NCBI GenBank assembly: GCA_046563655.1
Contig: CM102284.1
Coordinates: 5,890,001-5,954,000 of the forward strand
DNA: 64,000 nucleotides
DNA from: Yuukianura sp. NJ FZ-2021
Lineage: Eukaryota
Direction of reading: 5' to 3'
In this document: piece after piece, positions 10,901 through 25,900 of the stretch
How the letters are laid out: every line of letters starts with the position of its first letter
How positions within the stretch are numbered: position 1 is the stretch's first letter
Translations under genes and position numbers: made by a program
The notes under the pieces: generated by a model
Database searches by the model: none
What the model saw: the letters and a program-made list of their open reading frames with translations, nothing else
Told to the model about the DNA's origin: nothing

Positions 10901-13900
10901 TTCGGCGCTTGTATTTGTTCTGAATGACCTTTGCGGGTCAATCCAAAAGGGGCTACGCCCAGAAATAACATTCCAGGAAAAGAAACAGCATAAGATATTT
11001 TTCTGAAATTGACATTTTCTGGATTTACTCATTTTTGTCAATCAAACTTGTCAATTTGAAGGAATTCTGGCGAGAATTTTTTTTATTTCGGAATCAAAGA
11101 AAATTTTTCACTGTGTAATGATGGTTTAGCTACTAAACCTAAACTAAAACGAGATTATTCTAACGCCAACTCGTCAAATCCGTCGAAAAAGTCTCCCAAC
11201 ATATTCTAGCATTCATCCCAGAAGACCCGCAATTTGCCTTTAAAGGAGTTGTTCACCGAAAGGTCAAGTGGCTGCAAAAGCTTGGTTAATTTCTCTGGAA
11301 TTATCGCAAGCTCTGTGTGGCGCTGAACAACTTCCTTGACCTCTGGGGTCAAATGTGCGGTGCAGACATCATAAACGAGAACTTTTACCGGCTTTTTAAA
11401 AAATGCAGATTTCCGTTTATTGAATACATTGGGCATCCAATCTTCCATTATTTCTGCATTTACAACCCCTTTGGATTTGCCCGGACTAAAATGCAAGCAA
11501 AAATTTCCTTTGGAATTGTCTTCATTTTGAAAATCACCAGGGTTATCAACTCTTCTATTTCAGTTAAGGTCAAAAGTATAAATTAAAAAATTAAAAAATA
11601 AAATTACAAATTAAAAAAATGTAAAGTACAATCAAATTTAAAAAAAAAGGTTTTCAGAAAAATGAAGTATACGTAGATTGGGAAGCTTAAAACGCATTGT
11701 TCCCGCCCAAACCCAGTTGTAGTAAATTTTGAGACTGCGTACTATACACGGGAGCGTATTATAGACGCGAAAATACGGTAGTACTCATTTTTGTCAATGA
11801 AACTTGTCAATTTGAGATTTTTTTTTTAATTTGACACTTTGCCATTTTCTAAATTTGAATTTATCAGAGTTCCACAATTTTTGTGTTCTGAAAATTTTCT
11901 GACATTGAGAATTTTTTAGAGTTGTTATTTTTGCTGATTTTTTACTTTTTCTGAATTTGACAATTTTTTGAAATTTGTTTTTGTCAATTTTCTAAAGTTA
12001 CTTTCTGTATTTGACTCTTTTTTTTCAATTTGACAATTTTGGCATTTGCAAATTTTTTGTTTTCGTCAATTTTTTAAAGATCTTTTCTGTATTGGACTTT
12101 TCTTTGAATTTGACAATTTTTGGAATTTGAAAATTTTGTGTATCTGTCAGTTTTCTAAAGTTAGTTTCTCTATTTGACTTTTTTTTTAATTTGACAATTT
12201 TGGAATTTGAAATTTTTTTTGTCAATATGCGTAAGATTGTTTCTGTATCTGACTTTTTTTTAATATCATAATTTTTGGAATTAAGCAAGTTTTGTGGGCT
12301 AGTCAATTTCCTTGATTTGGTATTTTTCTAAGGTTGGCTTTTTTTTAAATTCAACTTCTCCTGCCTGACATCTCTAAATTTGGCAAGTTTTTGTATCTGA
12401 AAATTTTCTGAACGCGACAATTTTTGTAATTTCTGACATGTGGATGACCTTGTAGGGATTCTGGAAAAATTGTGGTTTCGTGTGAAGATGGTAAAGGTCA
12501 ATAGGGGTCAACGAGAGGAAGCCAGTTGGTAGGCGATGACGTGTGGCCAAAGGCCAAAGATGAACAATCTGACTTAATTAGCCTAAACAATGTAATTGAT
12601 TGAGTCCGTTGTTAAGTATAATTTGAGGATAAAATGTGGGTAAAAAAAACTCTTTAACTGATTTTTTTAAGTTTCAAATCGTTTGTATCCTGGAGGGAGA
12701 AATTTGAACATTTTGTGTTATGTTGTTGATATAAGATGAGGCATCTTTCTTCTTCCTTTTCCTTTTGGTGTGTTGACTGATGTGCTTAAAAAACTAAAAA
12801 CTTGAAATGTTTTGATTCAAGTCCTTTTTGGAAATCTGTAGGGAGGAGGACAAGGTAATGATTGACCGGCTCCAACGGACCTAATCAAAGGCTTCTTAAT
12901 TTTTTTGTTCATCTTTGGGAAAATATTTCAAAGATTTTGGAGCTTTCATCTTCCAAAAATTTTCGGTTAAAAATGAGATCAAAATCTTTGCAAAAATGTT
13001 AATGATCTGAGAGAATTTGAAAATTAAGGAATGGAGAGAGGTACTTGGTTGGATTGTAGACGGAGTGATTGAAATTTTTCGCAAAGGTATGCAATTCATT
13101 GGAGGCAATGTGCGAAATATTTGCGAACCAGGAGGCCCTTATTTGCTCGGAGATTGGAATTCTTAAGATTCATTCATTCTAAAAGGAGGAGGACTTAAGA
13201 CACCTTTTTTGTGTGATTTTTAAGTCTGTTGTGTGTAATAAGTGGGAGCAGGTTTGCGGTTTGGAATTTGCGCGAAAGGTACTTTTTGCAATTTGCAAAA
13301 AATGTGCAAAATTTTTTGGTTGATGGTGGTCCTTCTAGCAGGAGAGGAGGAGACTGAAACTCTATTGGTGACCTTCTTTTATAAAGATTTCGGATTCAAT
13401 TCAAGGTGACTTGATTGAATGAAACTTTGATTTTTGTAAATTTGCAAAATCGCATCCTGTTCCAAAGTTTTTAACTTTTTTTCGACTAATTCTGTAAGTT
13501 TTTTTCTGCTCAAAGTCGCACTGTCTAGCCAAGTTGGCTTGGGATGAAATAGAGGTGGTTGACATTGACATTCTTGCGAGTACCTTAAAAGTGCTAAAAG
13601 GAGGTTAAGCCTTTTTAGCATAACAAGGGAAAATACCACTTGAGAAAAGTCTTTTGTCGGTCTTAAATTCTACTTGCGGAGAAAAAGGGGGGTAGACTTT
13701 GGAAGAGCTTTTGAATGAGGAAATAACGCCTTGGAATTTGCAAATCTTGGTTCTCTGAATCCTTAAGTCAAAGTGCCAGGAATTTAGTGCACAAGGGCCC
13801 TCTTCTATGCTTTGCTCTTCTTTTTTCAAATTCTTCCGCTTCGAAATTCGTTAACTAAAATTAGGTTTTGGTTAATTGTTTTTACATAATTTCAATTATG

Positions 13901-16900
13901 ACGAGGTGAAATTGGACTGCTGAGTAAAAGTTAGTTAAAAATGTTTCACTTGGGCCAATTTTAGCTTAACGGAGAAATAGGAAAATTGAATTTTAGCCAG
14001 AAGAATTGATTGAGTCAGAAGATAACGTTGGATAAAGATCACACAAACACACAAGACTTTTTTTTTGAAAGTTTGAAATTGAGCTTTGTCACGAATGCTC
14101 AGATTTGTCGCAAATTATTGCCAGAAAAAATGTACTTCCGGATACCAGTAAACTCTGAACTGTTGATAACTTCCGGATCTTTGTGATCTCTTCACATTCC
14201 AATTTGATTTGAATTTGCGAAGTTTTTGAATTTTTGGAAATGCAAATTTTAACTAAAAGTATTCAATTTTTTAAAATTCTAGTGCGTGTGGTTTAATTTT
14301 CAAATTTGTTTCATTCTTCTAAAGTATGTATCAAGGGGATTAAAGGCATTTCGGATGCGGTTTCGGTAAAAAGCAAAGAGGATGTGCGGCATTCTGCGTC
14401 TGATAAATTTTTTCGGAGAATTCTTGTTTTCGAAGAATTTTGGTTTAGGAGTTTTCGGCTAAAGAAAAGACAATTTCACAATTTTGATATTTTCTTGTTT
14501 CAATTCACGTTTGTCCAAATTTTCAAAAGCTTGTTATTTATATTGTCCAATTGTGAATTTATAGAATTTTTAGCTTGACCAACTTAATTGTAATTTTGAA
14601 GTTAATTACGTAATTTCTGAATTGGTTTTCCTTTTCTTTGTGATTGAGGTTGGCAATCTTTGGGTTTTTTCTTGGCGTTCTTTGTATTTTGATAATGAGA
14701 CTTGAGTGCTAAAAAGGAAAAAGATGGGATGTTGGTGCGTTTTTGTAAATGTTGTGATTCATTCATTCATTTTTCACATCTTGTGCCTTCTTCCTCTGCC
14801 GCTGCTCAGTCATTCCGACAATGAATGAGAAGAATGGAACGCAAGCAGATGCTGGTTTGTACAGTGATCCTGTGGATGCAGAACTTAGTAGAATTAGCAG
14901 CATTTTTAGACACTGAATTTGGGGCTCTTCTAAAAAAAAGTACATTTTCCGTAGTACTAAACTTTGCACAACTGCTTTTGTCTCCTCCTCTGCAAACAAA
15001 CAAAACTTTTCTGACGAGTTGTCGGAGAGGTAGTACAAAATTTCATTTAGGTTTAGGATGCTATTGCCAATATTTTGTGAATTGGAATTGGGCATAAGTT
15101 CCTTGTTTGGATTTGAACTGTCTGAGCGGCCTCCTCTGCTTGTGTTGTAATACCTTCGTTTCCTCTTCGTTTTTTTGGTTCATGTTCTCATGATCTGACA
15201 GACGAGAGAGAATGAATGAATGAATTGAAAATATTATTACAAGTCAGATACAATTTCCATCTGTTTGGGATGGATCTGTAGTAGGTGTGCGGAGTACTGG
15301 ATATTTCTGTGATGCTATATGATGACAAAGGTTAAATGAACTTACTCAGGTTGGAGTTACTCACCCGCTTTTTACTTGGAATTGAAAACTGTTTATCGTG
15401 ATTCGTAAAATTTGGAATTTCGAGTGCGGAAATTAGAGCAAATTAATTTTTTTGGGGGAAATATTTTTGTGTTTTTTAATTTTTGATTTTTGCGAATTCC
15501 GAACTCTCCGGTTTTCCAATGGGATGACGTGCAGCTTTTAAATTTTTCAAATCTTTGGAGTCAAGACAGAATCTGCTAAACATTTTCGTTTTCTATTTTC
15601 GAAAAACGCTTTTTCGACAGACTGAAATTTTTTTCACCTCAGATTTGAGGTGCTTCTTTGAGAGGAATAATGTTCGAGCGGCGTGTAAATCCAGCATTTT
15701 TTTTTCATTTTCATAAGTCTGTGTCGAAAACTTGAAAAATTTCCAAGCTTGTGTTTTTGTTTTCTTGTAAAAAGTGTCGGATGTGCATAAATTTTAAATG
15801 TGATCCGGGCGTTGTTGCGTTGACCCCAAAATCTTGAATTTTAAGAAACGTTTTTAGTGGGAGTTTTTTTTTAATTCTCCAGTTACTCATATCGGCTCTT
15901 CTCAAGTTGATGACACAGTGGACTAAATGGCTCATTCAATGGGTTTTCTTTCAAGATGAAAGATAAAAAGTTTATAACTGCTTTCTGCTAAACCTAAATT
16001 AAAGTTTTCTTTCATTTAAGTAACTTGGAAAACTCCACCCAAAGTCACCCCCAATGAATTACTCACCCAAAATGGAAATACTGGTTAAAACGAAGAAGTT
16101 AAATGTTGTTTTTTCCTTAGTAAAAAGTTAAAACGTAGGAAAGTTTTCACTGGTGTGGGATTTTCTGGGTAAAGTTGTAATCGTTTATTTGTGGGAAATA
16201 TTTTGAGAAGAGCGGAAGGATTAGAGAAGATTGGTTTTCTGTTGTTTTCTTTTCCTTTTGTTTTATGTGCTTCTCCATTTGATCTATTCCTACACACACA
16301 TCATTCCATTCCTGCTAAAACTCGTAAGTCATATGGATGATGGTTTAAAAATAAATGAACTTGTACAATAGTAATCTTCGTCTTGTTCTAAAGTTCTAAA
16401 TTTGAGACGCTTGCAAACGTCTTTTACTATTCTTGTTCTTTTCCTCTGCGGTTTTGGAGAATCCATTGTCGTCGTCGTCGTGGAAGACGAGAGATACAAA
16501 TAATCTTGTATTTTCCAGCCAAGTACTTACGTCTAGATGCTTTTGAAATGTGGAGCTACTTGCATAACATTTAGCATAGACTTTTACCATACCTTTCTCC
16601 ATTGTATATTTGAGAATGGATAATACTTAGGGCCTGAAAAATGATGATAAGTGGAATCAAAAGTTGATTAATGATTAACACGTTCTAAGAAAGAAGCGGG
16701 GCTAATTGTGGACGAAATGACGTGAGAAAGTGTCAAATCAAATGAATCCAACCAGTTATAGTGAGTCCAAAATGTTGTGGTGATGTGATTTTATAATGGA
16801 ATTCCCCCTTCAGTAACTTATGTTAATCAAAGGCCACTGACGGCTTCCGAAATGCAACCGCAGTCTGACTTTTCAGTGACACATTCGAGACAACAACAAA

Positions 16901-19900
16901 GATTGGAAAGTCGGGTATAGCCTATAACATTGAGAGATTACTAAAAACTGCTTTTGGCATTGAATGGGCAATGATTCCTCTGGACATGTCAAACTTTGTT
17001 GCATTATCCAAAAATTTTGTATTTTCTAAAGGTTTTTCAAAATGTGACGAATTTAGAATTTTAGACAGTTTTTTTAATTCCGACAAGGACGAGTTTACAT
17101 GAAAAGATTTTTGATGAAGTTTGTAAGTTTTTATATGAATGACGGAAAAATTTGAGTTGTCAGAATTGAGTTTGCAAAGAAATTGCGAGTTGACATTTTT
17201 CTTGATGTTTCTTTTTCAGCGATTAATTTATGGAGGTATGGATAGGTCAGGTTATGAATGCAAAAATAGAGATAGAATTTGACCTATTTTTCAAAAATTG
17301 AGACAATTTTTTGAAAAAGCAGACTTGAAAAAATTTATGTTATGGAAGGTAAGGAATTCTGCGAAGGTGGCAGACATTGAAGAGTGAGGTCATCAGAAAT
17401 TTAGTTTTGTATTCGTTTCAGTGTCATTTTTGGCTGAACTTTGAGTGAGTGGGTGCAGAAAATACTAGACTCTACGAGAAGGGTTTGTGAAATTAGGCAA
17501 AATGTTGAGCTAGAAGCGTAGAATTGTATTTATGTTTGAAAAAAGTTTGGAGCTGCGTCACTCCATTCATGCCTCTAACCGTTTTTTGTCATGTGTAGAA
17601 ATGAATGTTGCGATTTGCGAATCTGTTTTTTGCGAGGAATATACCTCAACTTGGTGCATTACTCATTCACTTCTTCGCTCTCTCATGTCGTTACTCATCC
17701 TCAAAAACGAGGACCCGATGATCGTATTGGATTCTTTTCAAACCTAACCTAACGCTTGACTACAACATAACATAATAGTAGCGTGCAAAAGGGCAATTGA
17801 CTCTAGTATCTCTCTGTGGTGACTCCCGACTTGGTCCACTCCTGGAATTATTTTAGCAAACTCGCGTTTTAAACTTAGGTTTTGACTTTGGCCTTAACCT
17901 ACAAGTGCCTTTTTTTAGAAACATTAGAAAAAAGTTTAGTTTTTTGGAAAGAAAAAAGTTGCTCAAAAATGTGTGGGTGCTGCTGAGGGACTCAACGGAT
18001 TTGGTCGATTTCTGATCTCAGAGTGACATTTTAGTACAAAAACAGGAGAAAGTTTACTTTTACCAAGAAAGTTTTTGCAAAAAAATATTTTTTACAAAAA
18101 TATTTTCCTACTTTTTTAAAAGTTTTTTAAATTCGAACATAGTTTGAAAGTAATTAAAGTTAGGTTAATTATGGTAATAATGTCCTATTCTCACTACTAT
18201 TTTCAACAACCTACCTCGTCGTCGTCTCCAACCTACGAAAGTGAACCGTGGCAAGGGAGTGGCGGCAGTGAAAGTCGTGGAGAGTATTCTTATTCACCGT
18301 ATTTCAGTGGAGGTGGTGACGCTCCTGTTCATGTCTCGGAAGGTGAAGAGGATTTCCCCATATCACACTGGAGTATGTACCTTTTTAAAAAGTCTATTTT
18401 ATATAATAATAATTACCTTTAATTATTTTATTGCTGTGAGGTACTATTTAAGAGTTCGACAATTGCTTTTTAATGATAATTTCCCTTCAATTTCCTAGAA
18501 TTTTATTAGTTTAGGAACTGCCAAATGCTATAAAATTTATGATCTCTTTTTAAACTTTAGTTTTAAAACTTAAAAAGTTTAAAACATGCGCGGTTATTTT
18601 TGGGGGTAAAAAGTTTGATTTCCGCTTAGCTGCTCTTGTGTGCTCATCGCTTAATTAAATCGTAAATGATTGATGACAGGAGGGGATTTTTAATTGCTTT
18701 TTGGCCCTCAACTCCTTGTGCCATTCATGGTCTAGTGGGCCCTTAATTGTTGGACTTGTTAAGGGAAGTTCTCCTGGAGAGTTTATTCCCATGTTAAAAC
18801 GGGTATCAAGTTGAGGGTGAAGTGGGGGACTTAAAAGTTGAGCACTTTAAGTGTAATCATAAAACGCTTCAGTTTCCGCCGGGTAACTTGAGCTTAAGGT
18901 CTACCAGGGGGGCCCTTGAACTTGAGCTTTTCATATGATTTTAATAGTATTTTTTTCTTGTAAAACAAACTCGACAAAAGTCGAAACTTTTTAACCCATT
19001 TTTGGAAATAGAGAACAAAGAATTGTTAGTTTTTTCGCATTTCATTTTTATAGTGTTCAGGGCACTATTGATACGACTTTGTCTGTCTGTCCGTCTGTCG
19101 CGTTTTTGTTAAAACTTTAAATTGGAGAAAGTTGGTGTGTAATTTTCGGTTAAAAAGCTTTAAAGCTCTCCTACTGAAACTCATGTTTCAAGAACTTTAA
19201 TTTAATGATAAAGTATGACAGCCTAGGCACTAATCGTCAATGGAGGAAAACGATTTTGGTCTCATTAAAGTACCCCTTAAGGGCTTCCCTGCTGCTGTTG
19301 CTTTTGTTGTTAAACTGTTTTGAGTTCCGTTTGCATGAGTTGCAGAGGTCATCCGTTTTCTCATGACATGCCTGCTGTGGGTGGGGAACCTTCGGTTTCC
19401 ATTTTCAATTTTTTTTTGATTTGAACAACCGAAATTGGATGTTGAGATTCTCACATTGTTAGGAACGAAGAAGGCTTGTTGATTAAGGGCTTCGATAAGT
19501 TGGTTTGTTGTTATTGTTTGGCTGGTGAGGTGGGTGAGTTCAGATGTTAATCTCTCAACTCCATTGTCTTTTCTGGAAATGGATTCTGCAACACATTTTT
19601 AGAAAAGGACTTTGTTTAGTTTAGAACTGAAGGAAGGTGATGCCTTAGAGGCCCTTAAACTTCCAAAAACCTTCTCTCTTCTGTTCCATATGATTATCCT
19701 GTCGTTTACTTTTACATTTTGATTATGTTTGGGGAGATTTCGTGACAGGATGCCATGTCAAAGTTTTAAGGGAGAGAGAGTACGTTTGTTCTGGAAGTTG
19801 TGTTTGTTTCTTTTTATATATTTAATTTGAAATTCAATAAGTCATTCTTCTCAGAGGTTGAAAAGTACAAAACACTTCGTTTGGAGCCCTTCGTTTTGTC

Positions 19901-22900
19901 TGGTAGCCTTTAGCCATTTTGGAGCTATTGCATTGTACTGCCTGGCGTGCTAAGTGCGTGGAGAAAATAGTGGGATTTTGGTAATTATTGTTATCGTTAC
20001 ATTTCCTGTGCGTTAAGCTCTCCTACATGGGTGGATTTTTGGGGTAAAAAATTGTGTTTGAACAAGCTATTAATTTAGTAGGGATAAATTGGGGCTTGAA
20101 TGTGTGAGCTAACGTGTGAAATGGTTTTGTGTTTTTAAGCGAGCAAAGGAAAAAATGTGGTGAATTTGAACGTGTTTGGTTTTTGATGAGAAATGCTGAT
20201 GACATGAAAAGTTTGTGGAAAGAACTAATTGAAACAAATTCAAAAATTTTAAAGAGTCCGTGTTCAATGGGAAAAGTGTGTTAAATTTTTAAGTTTAAAT
20301 TGGAGAGCAGAGTGGCTGATCAGTGGTCATCTGAATCTCTAAACATTCCAATGAGATGCTAACCTGTTAGGGGCAGGGTTTGTTAATCCTTGGAATTTGG
20401 CAAAGCTCTGTTGGTGTTGGTTTTCAATGCCATTTCATGACTAAATCTCTGAAGTAAATTTAAAATTTGCTACATTCTTTAGTTGGTTCGTCATCATCTG
20501 TAAGTTAGAAACTGTAACTGTCCTCAATAATTTGTTAACTTTGGTAATTTTAAAAAAGTTAAAAAGTTAGAACTGAATTATACCGCTTTTGTAAAGTTCA
20601 GTTTTTCATTAGTATTTTGTCAGAAAAAGAATTGTTTGATTTACACGAAATTCAAATTCCCATTTCAAATTTCAAATGTCCGAAGATCAAATTCAGAATT
20701 TTTCCCACAACGCAACGTCGGTATTTTTAAAATCATCAAATTTTGAAATTTTCCTACTGGGAAAGTTTAAAGATTTCCACTCTTGAACTCAAATTTTCCC
20801 AATTGGAAACTTCTAAATATCCACTTTTCGATTCAAAATTTCTCACTTTTGGATTCACTCCTGTCGTTCAATTCCACACTAAATTTCGTTTTGGCAAACT
20901 CAAAAAGTGGATTTTTCACAAAATTTCCCATTAGTCTCGCTGCTAATTTTCAAAATTTCCGTCTACTGAAATCAACTGTAGAAAGTGGAGTACTATCCAC
21001 TTGCTAGGGTAGGTAGGTGGGTTGTAGTTTTGGCTAACCCTGGACATTGCTGATTATGTTTTGGTTGATGGTGATGTGAGATGATGGTAGTGAGGAGTGC
21101 TTCTGTGGTTCCTAATAAACTTTCCTCCGGGCAAGGAGAACGGCTTATTGACTGGGAAACATTCGCACAAAACCGGCTCCAACCTCCAATCACCTTAAGG
21201 AGCTGAATCAATTGAATTGTTATGGCAAGGTGGGATGGATAGCTCCAATTCATCTCTCCAACCTCTCTCGGATTCTTGCATTTTTAATTCTGTATTTGTC
21301 AAAGATGAACATTCCTACGGACATTACTCATCCTCCTGTGGTCCACCTTGGAAATCTTCCCGACCTCATCTGTACAATGGCTCTGTCTCACCATGGGATT
21401 CACTCTGTGTCATCCTAATTTCACAACTTACGAAATTTACTCAACCAAAATCTTACTCATCCAGATTCATCTGTTGGGCTTTTTGTTTCAAAATTAATCC
21501 CGTTTCGAAATAGAAACAAAGAAGAGAAATAGAAACAAAGAAGAGTCTTTATTTATTTATTTTTTTCAAATTCAAACTATCTTCCAAATAATATCAATTT
21601 CCAGTTTGAAAACCGCCAATTATTTCCTGTCGGTGTCATTCCCTAATAATCTCCGTAGTACGTGCGTGTAGGCCTATTACAAAAACTAAAAACAACATTC
21701 GGTTTTTTAGACTATTTGTTTCGTTTTTTTTAAACAAATGTTGTTTAGAGATGAGAAAGATATGGACATTGAGTAAAGAGGCTATTGTTGTCCAGAGCTA
21801 TATTTGGTGGGAGGAGATGAATATTGGGGTTTGTTCTCATCTCGAGTTACTTGAACAACCTATTTAGATAATGATGACGACAATTGATAATTTTACAAAA
21901 TAGAATCCACCGTTGGAGGACAGTTTTTTAACGATTTCTGGTTCTTTTGAAAAATTGGTTTTTGAAGAATAATTGAAACTAAAAGACAAAATTTGAAAAG
22001 AAGAAGACTAAAAATAGGAGTAAAACGAAACTCGGTAAAGATTTTAAACATTTGGACTTTTTGAGATCCGAATTTCTCATCTACAAAAGTCAAAATGTTT
22101 CCAATTATTTTTAAAAACAGAAGTTGTCTCTTTTTTAGTTTTTGAAAAGTTTTTGATTCCTATCTTGAAAAATATGTTTTCGTTAAAAACCGGAAGGCAA
22201 TGAGTAACGAACGATGACAGGTTTTTGGTTTCTTGTGAAAGTTTAACCTTTTCGTATGTTTCGGTTTTGGAAAAAGTATAAAATATTAAATGAAAAAGTT
22301 AGTGTTATGTACTTTTTGTGTTAGAAGTGAAGATAATGAAAAGAAGTTTTTGGAAGTGGGGAGAGTAGATTTCGTGGAGATAACTTTTTGAAGAGTTCAT
22401 CAATTTTTTTGATTGTTAATTAAGCTCTTTCAACTGGATCATGAGAAGATGAAGTTGAAAGTATGTTGTATAATTTTGAAGATTTGTGATTTCTGATCGG
22501 GATCAGTGATCAGGATCTGTGTGTGCCAAAGGAAGACATCCCTTCTCCATTCCTGAATCTGCAGTAACTTTACTTAAGAGGAGTAGGCACCGTAATGAGG
22601 TGGCCATGTTTTGGCATTTTATGCTTTCAGGATGTGTGGAGCATTAAAATTGAAGGAGCAACTTGTGCTGTTGAGTGCCGCTTTTCTACTTAAGTCCGTT
22701 TCCCGTTTTTAGCTTTTCAAACTTTGTTCTGACAGTTTACCTAGTTTAGATGAGTTTTTTTTTTTAATTTAGAACTTTGAATTTTCAATTTTTTGAGTTA
22801 CAAAAACAAATCTACACAATTTGTGTTATGTGATACAGCTTTTTCCTGTGAAAAATGACGTTTGTTTTTAATTTTTTGGCTTCCAATTTATGGTTATTTG

Positions 22901-25900
22901 AAAAAGACGAAAACTTTGGGATTTCGGGAGAAAATTAAAAAACAGACTTTTTGGAAATTTTCAAGGGCCTTCTAAAGTTATGAGGTTTCTGGGAAAACAA
23001 TAAATTGGGTGCTTTAAGTGAAAGTTTTTGTAAATCATAGTTTTCGAACATGATCTTGGAATTCCTGATTGTTTTTAGTTGTGCTTTTTGAGAGATTTGA
23101 ATGAATGACCGGTCAACTGCGATGGATCTCAGCGACGTTGAGATCACTAGGTCGAATTGCATCTTACATTTTTTTTGTACTTTTCCTTTCATTCATTTTT
23201 TTAGTTTAGTCGAGGATTTTGAAATCCTTGTCCTAGGCCGTTTTCCCTCTAACCTTTGACCTCTCTCGCAATTCAAAGAAGCGGAAAAGTTTAAAAGTGT
23301 GGCGGCTTTTTAGAATAAAAAAGGGAGTTACTAAAGGAGCAAAAGAAATTGAATTGACACTGCTCTCTTTTAATGTCATCATTTTCACCATAATTCAAAC
23401 TTTAAAATGAATGGTTTTCTTAAATTTATTGCACAAAACTTCCGAAGCCGTTTTCCAGTTTGAAGATTACCCAACCACCCTGCAAAAATGTTTTTAAAAA
23501 ATCTCTTCCTTGAGTGAATTTTTTGGAAGATGAAAAGCATTTTTCTCTTCGTTGTCTGAACACATTTTGAGCAGAAGGAGCACAGAGAAGGTTTTCGTGT
23601 TAATAATTTCTAATGGGAGTTTTATTGGATTCTGTGATTGGTGTAACTGGAAGTTTGGATGATAAATTGAGATTTGGAAGGCGATGGACTCGTATATTTC
23701 TAAACAAAAATTTAAAGCTTGAGGTCTTTTTTGGTTAACTCGTCTGTAGTAAAGTAATGAACGTGGGCATTGTTTCGAATGCGAAGTGCTTTTTTGGCAT
23801 TAAGTGAACTCTGTGACTCGAAGAAAGTCTTAAGGGTGCTGAAGAGCCTGAGAAACAAAAGCTTAATGGACGTTATGTAGATTATGTAAACGCTGGGCAG
23901 GAAGACTGGTTAGGGAATGTATGAGGACCCTAATAATTTAAGGTATGCTGTTAACTTTTACATTTGAGCATTAATTCTATTGTGTTGTAGTCGACCTATT
24001 GTATTGGACTGGTTGGGAGTTTAGTATTTGCGGAGTACGCAATCTTCACTTTTGAGGGGTTTTCGGTTTAGGTAGGGGTGTACAGTTATGTTTTAGGTAA
24101 TGTGATACAGTTAGGTACTCGCGGTGGCTTTTTAGTTTTTAGTTGTGAATGAATGGGCGAAATTTTTAGATTTATTATCCCAAGAATTTTCTCTTTTATG
24201 AAGTTTACCGCGTGTTTATGTTTTTGCGAATTTTTAATTTGCGAAATTTGGTTTTATAAATAGCCGGTGATTCATTCAACAAAGTCAGAACTCGAAGGGC
24301 GTGTAAAAAGCACTGCGTAATCACCAGACTGCTTTTTTTTTGCAATTTTTGGCAAAAATTCAGAATCAACCGAAATTCGACAAAACAGTTTTTGTTTTTG
24401 CTCAAGTCCCGTAATTCCGAATTTTGGCGAATTCCTAGGGATTTTGAACGCAAAAATTGGAAGAGGGCGAAGATATGCTTGCGTAGGATGTGAACGGCTC
24501 ACGGAATTGCATGTCCACTGAGAATGACGAAAGGATATGAACAAGTCAAGCCTCACAGCAGCATCCAAAATGCCAAGAACAGTTTAGCATACTAAAAGAA
24601 TGATCTTTTCTGGCTCAAGATGAGGATCAGTCAAAGATGACCTCCGCTTTTTCTTTTAAAGTTCAATGAATGACTTTGGGAATTGAAATCGGCAACTTAT
24701 TTGTTGGTCAACTCTTTGAGTTTTTGAGTGGACTTGGCTGGATGTAACTTGTATAAAAAGTCATTTCATTTCATACATTTTGAAACTGGCGAAAAAAAAG
24801 TGTTGTTTTAAAGTTTGAGAGACATTCCAAAGAGATTCGTTTCCCATGAGAGGGAAGGCAGTAAGTCAAGTCCTTCCTTGTAGCCAGCAGTATCCCCTCT
24901 TGTCACCACTGCTTCCCAACCTAACAGAAACGCATGTTATTGAATTTTTTATGACCAAATCACCTTATGGTTTCACCCTCTATGGTAGAATTCTTGTGTG
25001 TATGAGATAGATGTACTTTAGAGGTCTCATCTTCATCTTGTGAGGGGAGAGTACGTAGTAATATGCTATGGGTATGTGCTGTGTGTATGTGTGTTATTTT
25101 TAAGTTGTAGCGGCACGTGGTGCCGGGGTTTAATGACCTGCAAGGTCGAAGAAATCTCTTTGCAGCCACAGCCTCGCAAGGAATTCATCCCGAGATGAGA
25201 ATGTCTCGTATAAGTTTTGGGATTTTGGTGGGAGGTTGTGGGATGCTGTGAGACTTTTAAGCTTTTATAACTCTGAAGCTGAACCTCCCCATTCGCATTC
25301 TCAAGTGGGATGTAATTCAATGGACACAACAGAGTTCAGATCTTGGGATGAAGTCAGATGCAGAAGATGTGCATTGGACTGCATTCCCTCATTATGTAAC
25401 AACAACGCTAGAATCAGGAGAGACTTTTAAACCAAGATAGAAGACTTACTGTCACTTCCATTGTTTTCGTAGATCCTTAATCATTGGTGTGTTCTGGAAC
25501 TAAAAAGTTAGTAGATAAAAGTTGAAATTATAGTGGCGCTAGGAGTTGAAATTTTTAGTACGACGAGAATAATTTATAAGCCCTTCACCCCAATTAAGAG
25601 ATGCGATTTGATTCCAAAAATAGATTTGCAGTTAGGCTAATCGGAGAAGATGAAACAGTTTTGGCTTTCAAAGATTCCTTTTCTAAGCAGTTAAATTTAA
25701 GTACATATTTTTGAGGCTAATGTTAGGCTAAGTGAAAGTAAGTGTTATTTGAGGGTACTTGATACAATTTGGAGCATTTTAGAACACTCTTTGAGTTGCA
25801 CTTGGTAGCTTTGGGAGTAGTGTGTGGAAATTTTGTAAGTTGTAATTTTAAGTGTAGTATTGCATATTGAAGAGAATTGAAAAGTTTTTTTAGGAAAGTT

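Noticed and set aside
21212-21513. ORFs in a GC-richer island of the Pur-alpha intron (likewise 28056-28313)
   Set aside because: No phase-1 donor compatible with the exon at 31340 and no recognisable protein features.
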